From the NCBI GenBank assembly GCA_964016885.1, contig CAXHJY010001545.1, positions 8,169 through 72,168 of the forward strand: a DNA stretch of 64,000 bases, in the 5' to 3' direction. Below, in pieces: positions 41,602 through 55,810 of the stretch. The translations under genes were made by a program, and so were the position numbers. Every line of letters begins with the position of its first letter. The first letter of the stretch is position 1. A model generated the notes under the pieces. The model did no database searches, was not told the origin of the DNA, and saw nothing but the letters and a program-made list of their open reading frames with translations. This DNA is from Eledone cirrhosa (Eukaryota).

Positions 41602-41803
41602 AGACATGACTGTGCACAAGTTACATCTTTTTTATTAAGTATTTTTCATGTTTCTTTATTAGTTCTTTGTGTTTGGTTAGGAACAATAATATATATAAAT
41701 CCATATATTTGTTAATGTTTAGAGACCTTCACAACCCCATCTTCAGAATCATAATATAATAAAGGGAGGAGTGCAGGAATAAGTTGGATTACTTTGAATA
41801 AAT

Positions 41804-41980
41804 AATTGTTTCTATTTTAGGCACAAGGCCAGCAATTACCCAGTACATTACTGGTACTTTATTTTATCGACCCCGTAAGGATGAAAGGCAAAGTTAACCT
41901 CGGCGGGATTTGAACTCAGATCATAAAGGGACGTAACTCTATGCTTCAAAGCATGGTGTCTGACTCTCTACCGATACTGC
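41804..41980 (-). mobile_element. Nin/Deu-like SINE
   Basis: Near copy of 5367-5540. Confidence 0.75.
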
Positions 41981-42201
41981 ATGAATGAATATTACATAAT
42001 TTATGTACTAAATTTCGTAGCTGTTGATTAAACATAAATAATTTAAAGTATTGCTTATTTCAAGATTCACTTCTTTTAATAGTTTCAAATTTCAACTTCC
42101 GAAATATCGCCACCATCACCACCACATATATAAACAGAGCGAGAAAGAAAGAGAGAGTGTGTGAAGAGAGAAATACAGACAGATAGAGTGACTATATAGA
42201 T

Positions 42202-43000
42202 ATGAAGATGGGGAAGGCAACCGGTCCATCGGGTATAGCTGCCGAGATGCTGAAGGCATCTGGGTCTGTAGGTCACACTATAACCACACGTATTGTTAAC
42301 CAGGTAATACTAGAAGGTGTCATACCAAAAGATTGGTGCAGTAGCATCATTGTCAACTGCTACAAAGGTAAAGGCGATGCACTAGATAGAGGAAACTATA
42401 GAGGTATAAAGTTGATGGACCAGGTCATGAAAGTAACAGAAAGAGTTATAGCACAGTTGATTAGGGACCGGGTGAAAATAGACGAGATGCAATTTGGGTT
42501 TGTACCAGGAAGAGGCACCACTGATGCCCTCTTCCTTGTGAGGCAGTTACAGAAAAAGTACCTAGCTAAAAGTGAGCCACTCTACTTGGAATTTGTCGAC
42601 CTTGAGAAAGCCTTTGACAGAGTTCCACGTGCTGTAATCTGGTGGGCTCTTAGAAAACTAGGAGTAGATGAATGGCTTGTGAAAGCGGTACAAGCCATGT
42701 ATAGGGGAGCAGTCAGCAAAGTTAGGATTAGCAATGAGTATAGCGAGGAATTTAGCGTACAGGTTGGGGTCCACCAGGGCTCTGTTCTTAGCCCCCTCCT
42801 GTTCATCATAGTCCTGCAGGCAATAACGGAGGCGTTTAAGACCGGATGCCCGTGGGAACTCCTGTATGCTGATGACCTCGCACTTATAGCTGAATCTATG
42901 GTAGAACTAGAGAAGAAATTCCAAACTTGGAAGCAGGGACTAGAAAGAAAGGGTCTCAAAGTCAGCATGACAAAGACCAAGGTCCTTGTAAGTAGACGAG
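42202..43000 (+). mobile_element. RTE RT-domain fragment (part A of composite element)
   Basis: KATGPSG, NYRGIKL, QFGFVPGRGTTDA, DLEKAFDRV, GVHQGSVLSPLLF, YADD, TKVLVSR. Confidence 0.9.
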
Positions 43001-43002
43001 AT

Positions 43003-45092
43003 ATGTCACTTTCGAAAAAAAATGGTGCTTTCAGCATCAATTCTCCGGTAGAAATTCGCAAGGAAACTGCTCTCAAAACGATAGTTTTTAGGACAGTTTC
43101 CAATTCTACCCTAAAAACAGTCCAATTGTCACAGAAAGAAATTGAACTGGTTTTCAAAAATTCAATGAATGATATTGCATTCATTCAAAGAAGCAAACTT
43201 TTTGGGAGTATTTCGGTACTCATGAAGGATCAATTGACGGCCCAAAATTACTCTGTGTCGCCAATTGTATCCAACCTGTACACCTTTTCCCCTACATACA
43301 TGGGAAAAAGGACACAAAAGATCAGAATCACGAGTGTCACACCAAAGGTGAACATATGGTGGATACTGTGCGGCTTCATCAATTTTGATGAAGACAGAAT
43401 ACTGTCAGTAGGCAAGTCCCCCAGAGATGTATTCAATGGGACTAGCATTGAAGTTCTGGTGCAAATGAGCCCAGAGCGAATAGCTATGATCCCACAGCGT
43501 GTACTCCTGGACAGACTCACCTACATAAACTTTTCGGTTGAGGGTAGGCGGCCTTCATGTTACCATTGCTTTAGCAGGGGTCACCTGAGGGCTTCCTGTC
43601 CTAAATTAATGAACCAAAAAAAGGCTCTTCTGCCGACACCCATCAAAACACAACCACCAACACCACCACAACAACAACACCAACACACAAAAATAACCAC
43701 AACAAACACAGTCCCACCCAACCCCACTCCACCTAAAACCACTGCAAAATCACATAGACACAACAGCTCCCCAAGACATACCCCTCCCCAATCACACAGA
43801 CGATACAACAGATGAGGCTATCTCGCCATCACCCAGTAAAGACGAGGGAGAACCCCATCGCTCGAAAAGAAAGAAAAGACATCACAAAAGCAAAAAACCA
43901 GCAAACACTACCACAAACATACAACCACCAACACAAACAACAAAAATATCACAAACAAAACCCCCACCTCCTGAAAACAAAATACCTACAACAAAACGAA
44001 AGCACACACCAAGAACTACAGACAAAAACAAACACAACACAAGAAAATTACACTTACACTTACATAAACACTGAAAACAAAACACTAATGGAGACCATCA
44101 CGAACGACCCTTCGGCTTTCACCGAAGGGAAAACTTTCGCCCACTCTATTAAAAATAGCAAAAAACTGAACCTAAAACTGATTAGGGTCCCTATACAAAC
44201 TTATAGGTCCCTAAAAGAAACATTTGAGAAGGATGTGGGGAATTCCTGCGTGAAACCACTCAACCGCGTCCTTCTCAAATGCCTCCCCACCCCAGATACC
44301 CCCATCCCACCCCGCCGGAAACCACCACCCATCCAGACAACCCCTCCAACGCCCCCATGGAAATCGTGCGGCCTGGTCCCCAGGAGACGAAGGGTGAGTG
44401 ATCTCTTTTCCTCTTTTAACTTTTCAGCACCAACATGGCCAATATAAGAGTTGGATGTGTGAGCGTACGCGGCCTGGGGATGCCCTGGAAACAGGGCAAA
44501 CTCTTAAACGACCTCAGGTCGCACAGTATGGATGTGGTAGCCATTTGCGAGTCCAGGATCCATGGCGAGCGACAGCTGGCCCCCATCTTCGATGACTTTG
44601 AGATCTACGCATCTCTCTGTCAACCGGGGGGAGGGGGCGGAGTTGCCGTTTTGCTGCGGAAACACCTGGGCCTCGTAACACAGACAGTGCATCTGGACCC
44701 GGAGGGTCGACTGGTGGTCCTAGACGTTGACGGTAGTGAAGGTGGAGCCTTCAGGCTGGTGGCCGCATATGCCCCATCCGGGACACCGCGGCCAGACTTC
44801 TTCAAACGTCTAGAGACTTTTCTGGGAACGTCCCGCTCCTTGCTTTTAGTGGGGGACTGGAATGGAATCCTAGATGCACGTTGGGACTATGTGGGAGCAT
44901 GTCCCGATAAAGGGGGGTGTAACAGCCTCAAACAGTTAATCGACCGATTTGACCTGGCCGATAGATATCGACTAGATTTTCTGACTGCGCCACTGTGGAC
45001 GTGGAGTAATCGTAGCGGAACATCTAGATCGTACCTAGATAGGGTTCTAGTTAGAAATAAGGATAGGGACATGTTAAGCTGTCCACAAATGT
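43003..45092 (+). mobile_element. L1/Tx1-like LINE 5' part: ORF1 (gag-like CCHC) and APE endonuclease start of ORF2
   Basis: Zinc knuckle CYHCFSRGHLRASC followed by a Pro/Thr/Gln-rich tail, with a frameshift near 43812. ORF2 starts at 44435: MANIRVGCVSVRGL...ICESR...GVAVL...AYAP...GDWNG...SYLDRVLV. Confidence 0.85.
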
Positions 45093-46680
45093 TTAGAATT
45101 AACAACGAATATAGTGAAGAGTTTAGCGTAAAAGTTGGCGTCCATCAGGGCTCTGTTCTCAGCCCCCTACTATTTATTATTGCCCTTCAGGCTATAACAG
45201 AGGAGTTCAAGACCGGCTGCCCATGGGAACTCCTATACACAGATGACCTAACACTTATAGCTGAATCAATGGCCGAGCTAGAGAAGAAATTCCAAACATG
45301 GAAGCACGGCCTAGAATCAAAAGGCCTTAAAATTAACCTGGCTAAGACTAAAGTTCTAGTTTGTAAGAAAGAAAATAAGGCGGCGGTCCCTTCCGGGAAG
45401 TGGCCATGCTCAGTGTGTAGGAAAGGCGTAGGTAGAAACTCCATTTTGTGTCCCAAATGCAAAGTATGGGTGCATAAAAGATGTAGTGGGATCACAGGTA
45501 AGCTAACTAAGAACATAGATTTTACATGTGGCCGGTGCTCTGGTGCAATAAGTAGCAGCAAGTGCCCACTAAATACTAGCTCTTTCAACTCCGCAGAGGT
45601 TTCTATAGAAATAGTGGACAGCTTCCGTTACCTGGGTGACAAAATCAGCAGTGGAGGAGGGTGCTCTGAAAGTACAGTAGCTAGAATCAGAACTGGATGG
45701 AAAAAGTTCAGAGAGCTTATACCACTATTAGCCGCTAAAGGGTTCTCCCTAAAAATGAAAGGCAGGTAGTATGATGCCTGCATACGAACAGCAATGTTGC
45801 ATGGCAGTGAGACCTGGGCATTGTGTGCAGAGGATATACGCAGACTAGAGAGGAACGAAGCTTGCATGCTCCGCTGGATGTGTAATAATAATATACGTGA
45901 ACGGCAAAGCATAAACGAACTAAGGAAAAAATTAGAAATAAGAGGGATCAGATGTTGTTTACTCGAGAGAAGGCTACGTTGGTATGGTCACGTGATGCGC
46001 ATGAAAGACGACAGCTGTATAACAAAGTGCAGGGCAATAAAGATAGACGGTAGTCACGGAATAGGCAGACCTAGAAAAACCTGGGACGAGCTGATAAACT
46101 CCGACCTCACACACTTACACCTCTCCAAGACAATGTCACTGGACCGAAACCTTTGGCGATACTCAGTAACAGAGAAGACCCGCCTTACCTAAATACAAAG
46201 TAAAACCTACTAGTCAGTAGGCATCTCTAACAAAATACACCCCCGTCCCACCCCATCCACACCGCCCCCTTCAATGCAAAGTTATGTTGGTGCCACAACA
46301 TCCAGGCCGAAACAAACGAGATCGTGTAGGTGTCACGACAAAAAAACACACAGTCCACGCTGTAACGTGACCGTGTAGGCAACACGGTAAAAACCTCCCA
46401 GTCCCACACTGTAAATGTGGTTGGTGTTAGGAAGGGCATCCAGCTGTAGAAAACACGCCAGAGTGTCCACGCTGTAATGTGGCCGTGTAGGCAACACGGT
46501 AAAAACCTCCCAGCCCCACACTGTAAATGTGGTTGGTGTTAGGAAGGGCATCCAGCTGTAGAAAACCCGCCAGACAGTCCTATGCGAGCAAGACAACCAC
46601 TCTTGCCTCAAGTGGGAAAACCCCCGTCCAAACCCATGCAAGCATGGAACAGGGACGTTAAACGATGATGATGATGATGA

Positions 46681-46683
<3 letters not shown>
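45093..46683 (+). mobile_element. RTE 3' half (part C of composite) with 3' UTR and (GAT)n tail
   Basis: GVHQGSVLSPLLF, YTDD, a Cys-rich insert, a premature TAG at 45767, and the RTE C-terminus ending at 46192. The tail runs into (TA)n. Confidence 0.9.
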
Positions 46684-46742
<59 letters not shown>

Positions 46743-46981
46743 ATATATCTATATATATCTATATATATATTTTTATATATATATATAGATATATATATAT
46801 ATCTCTATATATATATATATATATCTATATATATATCTTAAATGTAAGTATGTGTGTATACGTACATACATATATGTATACAGACGTACGGTAGCATGTT
46901 TACAAACGAACAAAGCGGCGTTATAATAAGCGTCTGCTAAACTGATACGTGCATATATGTATGTGTACCTGTATGTGTATA

Positions 46982-47025
<44 letters not shown>

Positions 47026-47134
47026 TGCTACTGTACATCTGTATACATATATGTATGTACGTATACACACATACTTACATTTAAGTAAGTGCCGTACAAG
47101 AGTGAGAAATGAAATTTCGTTTTCATTTTCAACT

Positions 47135-47138
47135 TATA

Positions 47139-47176
<38 letters not shown>

Positions 47177-47707
47177 TAGATAGATATAGAGAGAGAGAGA
47201 TATATAGATATATAGATATATATATATATAGATATATAGATATATATATATATAGATATATATATAGATATATATATAGATATATATATATAGATATATA
47301 TATATAGATATATATATAGATATATATATATATATATATATATAGATATATATATATATAGATATATATAGATATATATATATATAGATAGATATATATA
47401 TAGATATATATATAGATATATATATATATATATAGATATATATATATATAGATATATATATATATATATAGATATATATATATATAGATATATATATAGA
47501 TATATATATATATATATATATATATGGATATATATATATATATATATATATAGATATATATATATATATATAGATATATATATATATATATAGATATATA
47601 TATATATATATAGATATATATATATATATATAGATATATATATATATATATAGATATATATATATATATATAGATATATATATATATATATAGATATATA
47701 TATATAT

Positions 47708-47786
<79 letters not shown>

Positions 47787-47801
47787 TATATATATATATA
47801 G

Positions 47802-47900
<99 letters not shown>

Positions 47901-47910
47901 TATATATATA
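47135..47910. repeat. (TA)n/(TAGA)/(GA)n microsatellite
   Basis: Seen directly. Confidence 0.95.
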
Positions 47911-47937
47911 CAATATTAAATAAATGGAAACTATATT

Positions 47938-48036
47938 TATAAAACCATATTTATTTCACTATATATATTTCAGGGATATCATATTAACAATATGCTATGC
48001 CTTCCTCAGACAAAATACAATATAAACAGTTTTATA
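47938..48036 (-). ncRNA. Hammerhead ribozyme motif at the 3' end of the Naiad-like element
   Basis: Reverse complement of 52056-52154. Confidence 0.7.
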
Positions 48037-48356
48037 GATAAATAGATTTGACATACCGTAACAACATCGACTTGTATTTGAAAAAGTTGAATTGGCAGTG
48101 AAAAAATTGTACACAGAGAGAAAGAGAGAAAAAAAAAAAAAAAAAGAGAGAAAAAAGGAAAGAAAGACAGAAAACGAAGAAAAAGAAGAAATGCATGGAA
48201 CAAAATAGAGAGATGGAAAGATAGATAAAGAGAAGAACTTCATGTAAAGAAACAGAGATATATATATAGAGAGAGAGAGAGGAAATAGAGATAGATATAT
48301 ATATATAGAAAACTAGGTAGTGGGACGTCCGTTGAGTAAACGTATCAATGATACAT

Positions 48357-48387
<31 letters not shown>

Positions 48388-51300
48388 GCTCTAGTATTAA
48401 TGTAAGGGAGATATATGGAGAGAAACCAGCTGTTATATAGAGAGAAAAATTTAAAAATAACCAGACATAGGCGAGGCGTAAAAACCCTATGTTTTAATGT
48501 AGAGGTATTAGTATGTATAAAAACCAGCCACTATATTGTAAATATCAGTATTCCTGAATGAGACATGTATCCATAATGTGTGAAAAGTAATGATCTTATG
48601 TTTAGTTTTTTAAAAAAATTCATGTTTATGTGATAACTACAAACATCTATGTGAATTTACATGATCAACTCTGCAAACCCTAAGTTCACGGAAAACATTC
48701 TCATTGTGGTATAAAAATTTAAGTATACATATATGTGTATATATATACACACAAATATATATAGAGTCAATATTACTACTATTCCTGTCTTTACTCTACA
48801 AGATTATCTATCAAGCAGAAATAGAGAGCAGATTTCAATATACTAATAAAAATATATATCAGAAACAAAACTAAAAAATAACAATAATAATAATAAGTAA
48901 TAATAAAATAGAAAACTAAAAAATATTACGAAAGAATATTACATATTAAAAATATTAAAAATAAAAATATTAGAAAATACTACAATAATAAAAATAAAAA
49001 TAAACCACAAAGATCAACCCTTCAAAATTAATTGACAATATATTGCCAAGTTCATTATAAGCATCAGAGTCGAAAAACAGATAAAGCCAAAAAGTTTAGG
49101 ATGCCCATTTGGTCTACATGTGTTCTTATATTTAATATAGAAGTTTATCTAGTGTAACGTTTATTCGAAATATTTGGAGCATCAACTTTTAGGGTAGCTT
49201 AATTTTTCATGAAGAATGTTTAAATAAAAATAAAAATAAAAATAAAAAGAATAAAAAGAAGAAATCAAAGATTCATCGGCTAGTTTCCCATATAATTATA
49301 AATCAAACTAAATATACTACATTTTAAATTTAAATTTATATTTAAACGTTGAGTTTAATCTATGTTTGCAGCAACTGAATAAATTTGTCTGTAGATTAAG
49401 GGAATTTTTAGATTTTAGTATAAAGAATATCTCCTCTGCGCAGAGGTCACATGTCTCAGAGGATGAATTAAAAGGAATCTCTCTTGAGACTATATTCCAA
49501 GCCGTCGAATATCTAACGTTATCTAGCTTAAGTTGCCAGAGTACGCCTGATAGTGCCGTTGAAGATTTTTTGCTTGGATCTGTGAAAGAATTCTTGTGGT
49601 TATTATAGCGAAGTTTAAATTCCGTCGATGTGGAACCGACGTAGTTAAAAGAATTAGAGTCAGTATTAACATTACAATTGTATACTATATTTTTAACTAA
49701 GCAGTTGTTATTTAACGGACATTTAGATCTATGTCTACAGTTACATTTGTTAACTTGTATATTATTTATGCTATTATCACTAGGTTTTAAGTTCCTATTA
49801 TTTATTCTATTAATATTTTGTGCTAAATTTTTGGTGGATGAGTAGGTTAATTTTATTGTATGTCTATTGAAAATTGAGTGATACCTATGTGTTCTAGGGA
49901 AGCGATTATCAAGAGCTTTAAAAAATAGTTTAGCGATGTGGGTTTTAATGTTTAGTGAGAAAGGGGGGGGGGGGGGGGCAAACCAAATTATGTTCCTAGT
50001 TCTATTTCTTTTTTGGCCTTTGGAATTATTGTAATGCTTTCTATTATAGTTGTTAAGGTTGTTGCCGTAATTAAAATAGTTGTTATTTTGTTTAGTTTGT
50101 CTATCATTATCTATGTACACAATCTTATCAGCATATCCTGCTCTAGCTAATGCTTCATTGTAGTATTGGGCTTTTTCGTCGAAAATCTTTCTATTCGACG
50201 AGATCCTAGAGATACGTTTTTGAACAGAGTTTACTATAGTGTTTTTGACAGATCTGGGGTGGTTAGAGTTAAAGTTGACATAGTTTAAGTTTTCATTCAA
50301 CTTGTGAAAAGGATAGTGAAGACATGTGTTGAGATTTAATGTTATATCTAGGAAATTGACTATTCTATGGTTGTTCTCAATTTCTATTTTAAGATTAAAG
50401 TAATTAAAAAATTGTGTAATTTGTTTACATTTTCTATTTAGTTCAGAGTTATTATTATCAATAAGTAAAAGCATGTCATCTCTATATAAACCTCCGGTAG
50501 TACCAGGTATTTTCCTATGTAGCGAATTGATTAAAAAAAAAGATATTCGACGGCTTGGAATATAGTCTCAAGAGGGATTCCTTTTAATTCATCCTCTGAG
50601 ACATGTGACCTCTGCGCAGAGGAGATATTCTTTATACTAAAATCTAAAAATTCCCTTAATCTACGGACAAATTTATTCAGTTGCTGCAAACATAGATTAA
50701 ACTCAACGTTTAAATATAAATTTAAATTTAAAATGTAGTATATTTAGTTTGATTTATAATTATATGGGAAACTAGCCGATAAATCTTTGATTTCTTCTTT
50801 TTATTCTTTTTATTTTTATTTTTATTTAAACATTCTTCATGAAAAATTAAGCTACCCTAAAAGTTGATGCTCCAAATATTTCGAATAAACGTTACACTAG
50901 ATAAACTTCTATATTAAATATAGGAACACATGTAGACCAAATGGGCATCCTAAACTTTTGAAATGATCTTTGCTAGATGCGATTTGATAGATAATTTTTT
51001 GGCTTTATCTGTTTTTCGACTCTGATGCTTATAATGAACTTGGCAATATATTGTCAATTAATTTTGAAGGGTTGATCTTTGTGGTTTATTTTTATTTTTA
51101 TTATTGTAGTATTTTCTAATATTTTTATTTTTAATATTTTTAATATGTAATATTTTTAATATGTAATATTCTTTCGTAATATTTTTTAGTTTTCTATTTT
51201 ATTATTACTTATTATTATTATTGTTATTTTTTTAGTTTTGTTTCTGATATATATTTTTATTAGTATATTGAAATCTGCTCTCTATTTCTGCTTGATAGAT

Positions 51301-52055
51301 AATCTTGTAGAGTAAAGACAGGAATAGTAGTAATATTGACTCTATATATATTTGTGTGTATATATATACACATATATGTATACTTAAATTTTTATACCAC
51401 AATGAGAATGTTTTCCGTGAACTTAGGGTTTGCAGAGTTGATCATGTAAATTCACATAGATGTTTGTAGTTATCACATAAACATATGAATTTTTTAAAAA
51501 AACTAAACATAAGATCATTACTTTTCACACATTATGGATACATGTCTCATTCAGGAATACTGATATTTACAATATAGTGGCTGGTTTTTATACATACTAA
51601 TACCTCTACATTAAAACATAGGGTTTTTACGCCTCGCCTATGTCTGGTTATTTTTAAATTTTTCTCTCTATATAACAGCTGGTTCCTCTCCATATATCTC
51701 CCTTACATTAATACTAGAGCTAAATAAATAAATGTATCATTGATACGTTTACTCAACGGACGTCCCACTACCTAGTTTTCTATATATATATATCTATCTC
51801 TATTTCCTCTCTCTCTATATATATATATCTCTCTCTGTTTCTTTACATGAAGTTCTTCTCTTTATCTATCTTTCCATCTCTCTATTTTGTTCCATGCATT
51901 TCTTTTTCTTCTTTTTTTTCGTTTTCTGTCTTTCTTTCCTTTTTTCTCTCTTTTTTTTTCTCTCTTTCTTTCTCTCTGTGTACAATTTTTTCACTGCCAA
52001 TTCAACTTTTTCAAATACAAGTCGATGTTGTTACGGTATGTCAAATCTATTTATC

Positions 52056-52154
52056 TATAAAACTGTTTATATTGTATTTTGTCTGAGGAAGGCATAGCAT
52101 ATTGTTAATATGATATCCCTGAAATATATATAGTGAAATAAATATGGTTTTATA
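52056..52154 (+). ncRNA. Hammerhead ribozyme motif (inverted pLTR copy)
   Basis: uauuuugu-CUGAGGA-AGG..CAUAUU(guu)AAUAUG..CCU-GAAA-UAUAUA-UA/gugaaaua, with distal stem I uauaaaacugu/augguuuuaua. Confidence 0.72.
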
Positions 52155-52270
52155 AATATAGTTTCCATTTATTTAATATTGTAAATATACTCCAAATACT
52201 TGTCGAGTGCTTTTATATCAGTTATAAATATTTACTAGTTGTAACCCAACAATTTAAATATAACTTTCCA

Positions 52271-52274
<4 letters not shown>

Positions 52275-52342
<68 letters not shown>

Positions 52343-52391
52343 TATATATATATATATATATAGATATAGATATATATATATATATATATAT

Positions 52392-52426
<35 letters not shown>

Positions 52427-52809
52427 TAGATATATATATAGATATATATATATATATATAGAGATATATAGAGAGATATATATATAGAGATATATAGAGA
52501 GATATATATATAGAGATATATATATAGATATATATATATAGATATATATATAGAGATATATATATATATAGATATATATATATAGATATATATATATAGA
52601 TATATATATATATATAGATATATATATAGAGATATATATATATATATAGATATATATATAGAGATATATATATATATATAAATATATATATATAGATATA
52701 TATATATATATATATATAGATATAGATATATATATATATATATATATAGATATATATATATATAGATATATATATATAGATATATATAGATATAGATATA
52801 GATAGATAT

Positions 52810-52844
<35 letters not shown>

Positions 52845-52881
52845 TATATAGATATATATATATATAGATATATATATATAT

Positions 52882-52916
<35 letters not shown>

Positions 52917-53034
52917 TATAGATATATATATATATAGATATATATAGATATATATATATATAGATATATATATATATAGATATATATATATAGATATATA
53001 TATATATATAGATATATATATATATATATATATG

Positions 53035-53060
<26 letters not shown>
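52275..53060. repeat. (TA)n/(TAGA) microsatellite between two PLEs
   Basis: Seen directly. Confidence 0.95.
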
Positions 53061-53067
<7 letters not shown>

Positions 53068-53120
53068 TAAACAAATAATGAATAAACAATGAAACAGTTC
53101 CTTATATTAAACAAAAAAAG

Positions 53121-53274
53121 TTCATTATTTAACGATCGTTTCTAGGATATATATGTGTTAGAATTGGCATGCATATTCAACAGATCTATGTACAAAATTA
53201 TACAAAATTATACAAACTATCAAGATTAAATATACATACCAACACATATATACGCCGTCTTCAGAAATAATGAA
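53121..53274 (-). ncRNA. Hammerhead ribozyme with very long stem II (element-sense copy)
   Basis: Reverse complement of 58732-58885. Confidence 0.75.
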
Positions 53275-53889
53275 ATATATTTATTGATAATAACAACAAT
53301 TCAAAATTTCAGGTCCGTTTGGGAACAAAATTGACCAATGAAAATACAAAAGGTTTAATGCAGTTCGGTGTGTGTATATACATGTAACTACCCTTACACA
53401 TATTTTACAAAAATGTATGCACAACTTGTATACGCATACCAAAAGGATGGATGCAAATACAAAATTTCAAGGTTAATGTCTCTGTAAGTTTATAATGCAC
53501 AGATAAGATGCGTATAGACACATAAATATGAAATAAGTGTATATACATATTCTCATACTCACACATATCCGTACAATCACACACACACGCGCGTATATGC
53601 ATAAACATACACATAACTACGAACATACAAACACACACACACACCCCCACTCACATATATATATGTGGATATAAAATCCTAAGCACATGGATATTAATTC
53701 ACTCACATAAACACTGGCACACACATTTAGATCAAGATACAGAAATTAGGTGGGAGGGGGGGAGAGGTCAGTATTCAACGGTTTGGGCAGACTGTTTAAT
53801 ATAGATGTATCTATAAACTAAGAAAATAAAAAATAATAAATAATAAATAAACATTAAAAAGGAAAGAAAAGAAAAAGAAAAAAGAAATA

Positions 53890-53897
53890 TATCAAGA

Positions 53898-53940
<43 letters not shown>

Positions 53941-54080
53941 CACATATATACACATATACATACACATATACAAACACATACATACATATACACACATCCA
54001 CACTTAGAACATACATACACACACATATATAAACATATATATATACACACATACATACATATACACACATACATATAAAT

Positions 54081-54128
<48 letters not shown>

Positions 54129-54620
54129 ATACACATAAATCACACATACTATATAGACACACATATATATACACACATACACGCACATATACATACACTT
54201 ACATACTTATATACATACAGATATACACATACATACCTATATATACACACAAATACATACAGACATACATACATACAGACAAATACTTACGCATCTATAT
54301 ATCGGTATATACATACAAACACCACTACACTCTCACACAACTCAGACATACAAAGAAAAAGGTATATACCTATACACATATACATATACAAATAGAGAAA
54401 CATATACACATATATATATATATATATATACATATATATACATACACATATACACACATACACATACATACACATACATACATGTACACACACATAGATA
54501 TATATACACATACACACATACATATATAGTCATACACACACATACAACTACACGAACATACACATACACATATATAAAGATATATATACACACACACACA
54601 CACATATATATAAAAAATAA

Positions 54621-54691
<71 letters not shown>

Positions 54692-55262
54692 CATATACAT
54701 ACACACATAGATAGATATATATGTACATACATACACATACATAGATACATACACACACATACATACATATATATATATACACACATAGACATATACATAC
54801 ATACAACATACATACACACATATATACTCATACATAGAATTAGATATATATTCATACATACATACGCACTTACATATACTCATATATACAAATACATACG
54901 CATTCATATATGCGTATATACATAGAAACACCACTACACCCTCACCCAACTCAGACAAAGAAAAAGGCATATACATATACATATATACACGCATTAATAG
55001 AGATATATATACACATATATATATATATATATATATACACATACACTTATATATATATACCCACACACACATACAACCATAAATACACATACAAACACCC
55101 ACATATACATATATATACACATATATATATATACACACACATAAAAAACAGACATGCACATATATATTTTTTTTACACATATATATACACATATATATAC
55201 ACATACACACCCTCACATATACACAACATACACATAAGTTATATTATAATAATTAATAAATA

Positions 55263-55331
<69 letters not shown>

Positions 55332-55576
55332 CGAATATAGACACATATACACACATAGATATATATATATATACACATACATATACACACACACATATAC
55401 ACACTCACATATATATGTGTGTGCACACACACATATATACACATACACACATATACACATAAACACATATATGTGTATACATGCACACACACACATATAT
55501 CCACATAGATACGAAGATAGACATATAAATAGAGAGACATACATATATATACACACACACATATACATACATACAT

Positions 55577-55619
<43 letters not shown>

Positions 55620-55810
55620 TATATACACATACACACACACATATATATACACATGCATATATACACATATACACATACATATACACATATATATACACAC
55701 ACAATCTTACATTCTTATTTGCATGCGCATATATGTATTTTTATATTCAGATATAAATACCCAAACATATATACACGTACCTACATATATATTCATACAT
55801 ACACGCTTAC
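53890..55810. repeat. Mixed (TA)n/(CA)n/(TACA)n low-complexity tract
   Basis: Seen directly. It is the source of many spurious Y/I/V/C ORFs. Confidence 0.9.

Larger units (their letters stand above)
47910..52275 (-). mobile_element. Naiad-like Penelope element, 5'-truncated, with inverted ~1.6-kb copy of its 3' end
   Basis: Minus frame GGLYRDDMLLL...NFLDITL...SNHP...WFAPP...CNCRHRSKCPLNNNCL...YVGSTSTEFKLRYNNH...CDLC...CKH (ORF 49317-50474). 50541-52182 is the reverse complement of 47910-49514. Confidence 0.88.

Noticed and set aside
42202-43815. Genuine 537-aa RT-gag protein gene
   Set aside because: The RT is truncated at both ends and the ORF arises from a chimeric junction. Nothing in the sequence shows it is expressed or selected.
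48553-48590. Hammerhead-like CTGAATGAG...GAAA
   Set aside because: The core has an extra base, it lies antisense to the element, and stems I and III are not supported.
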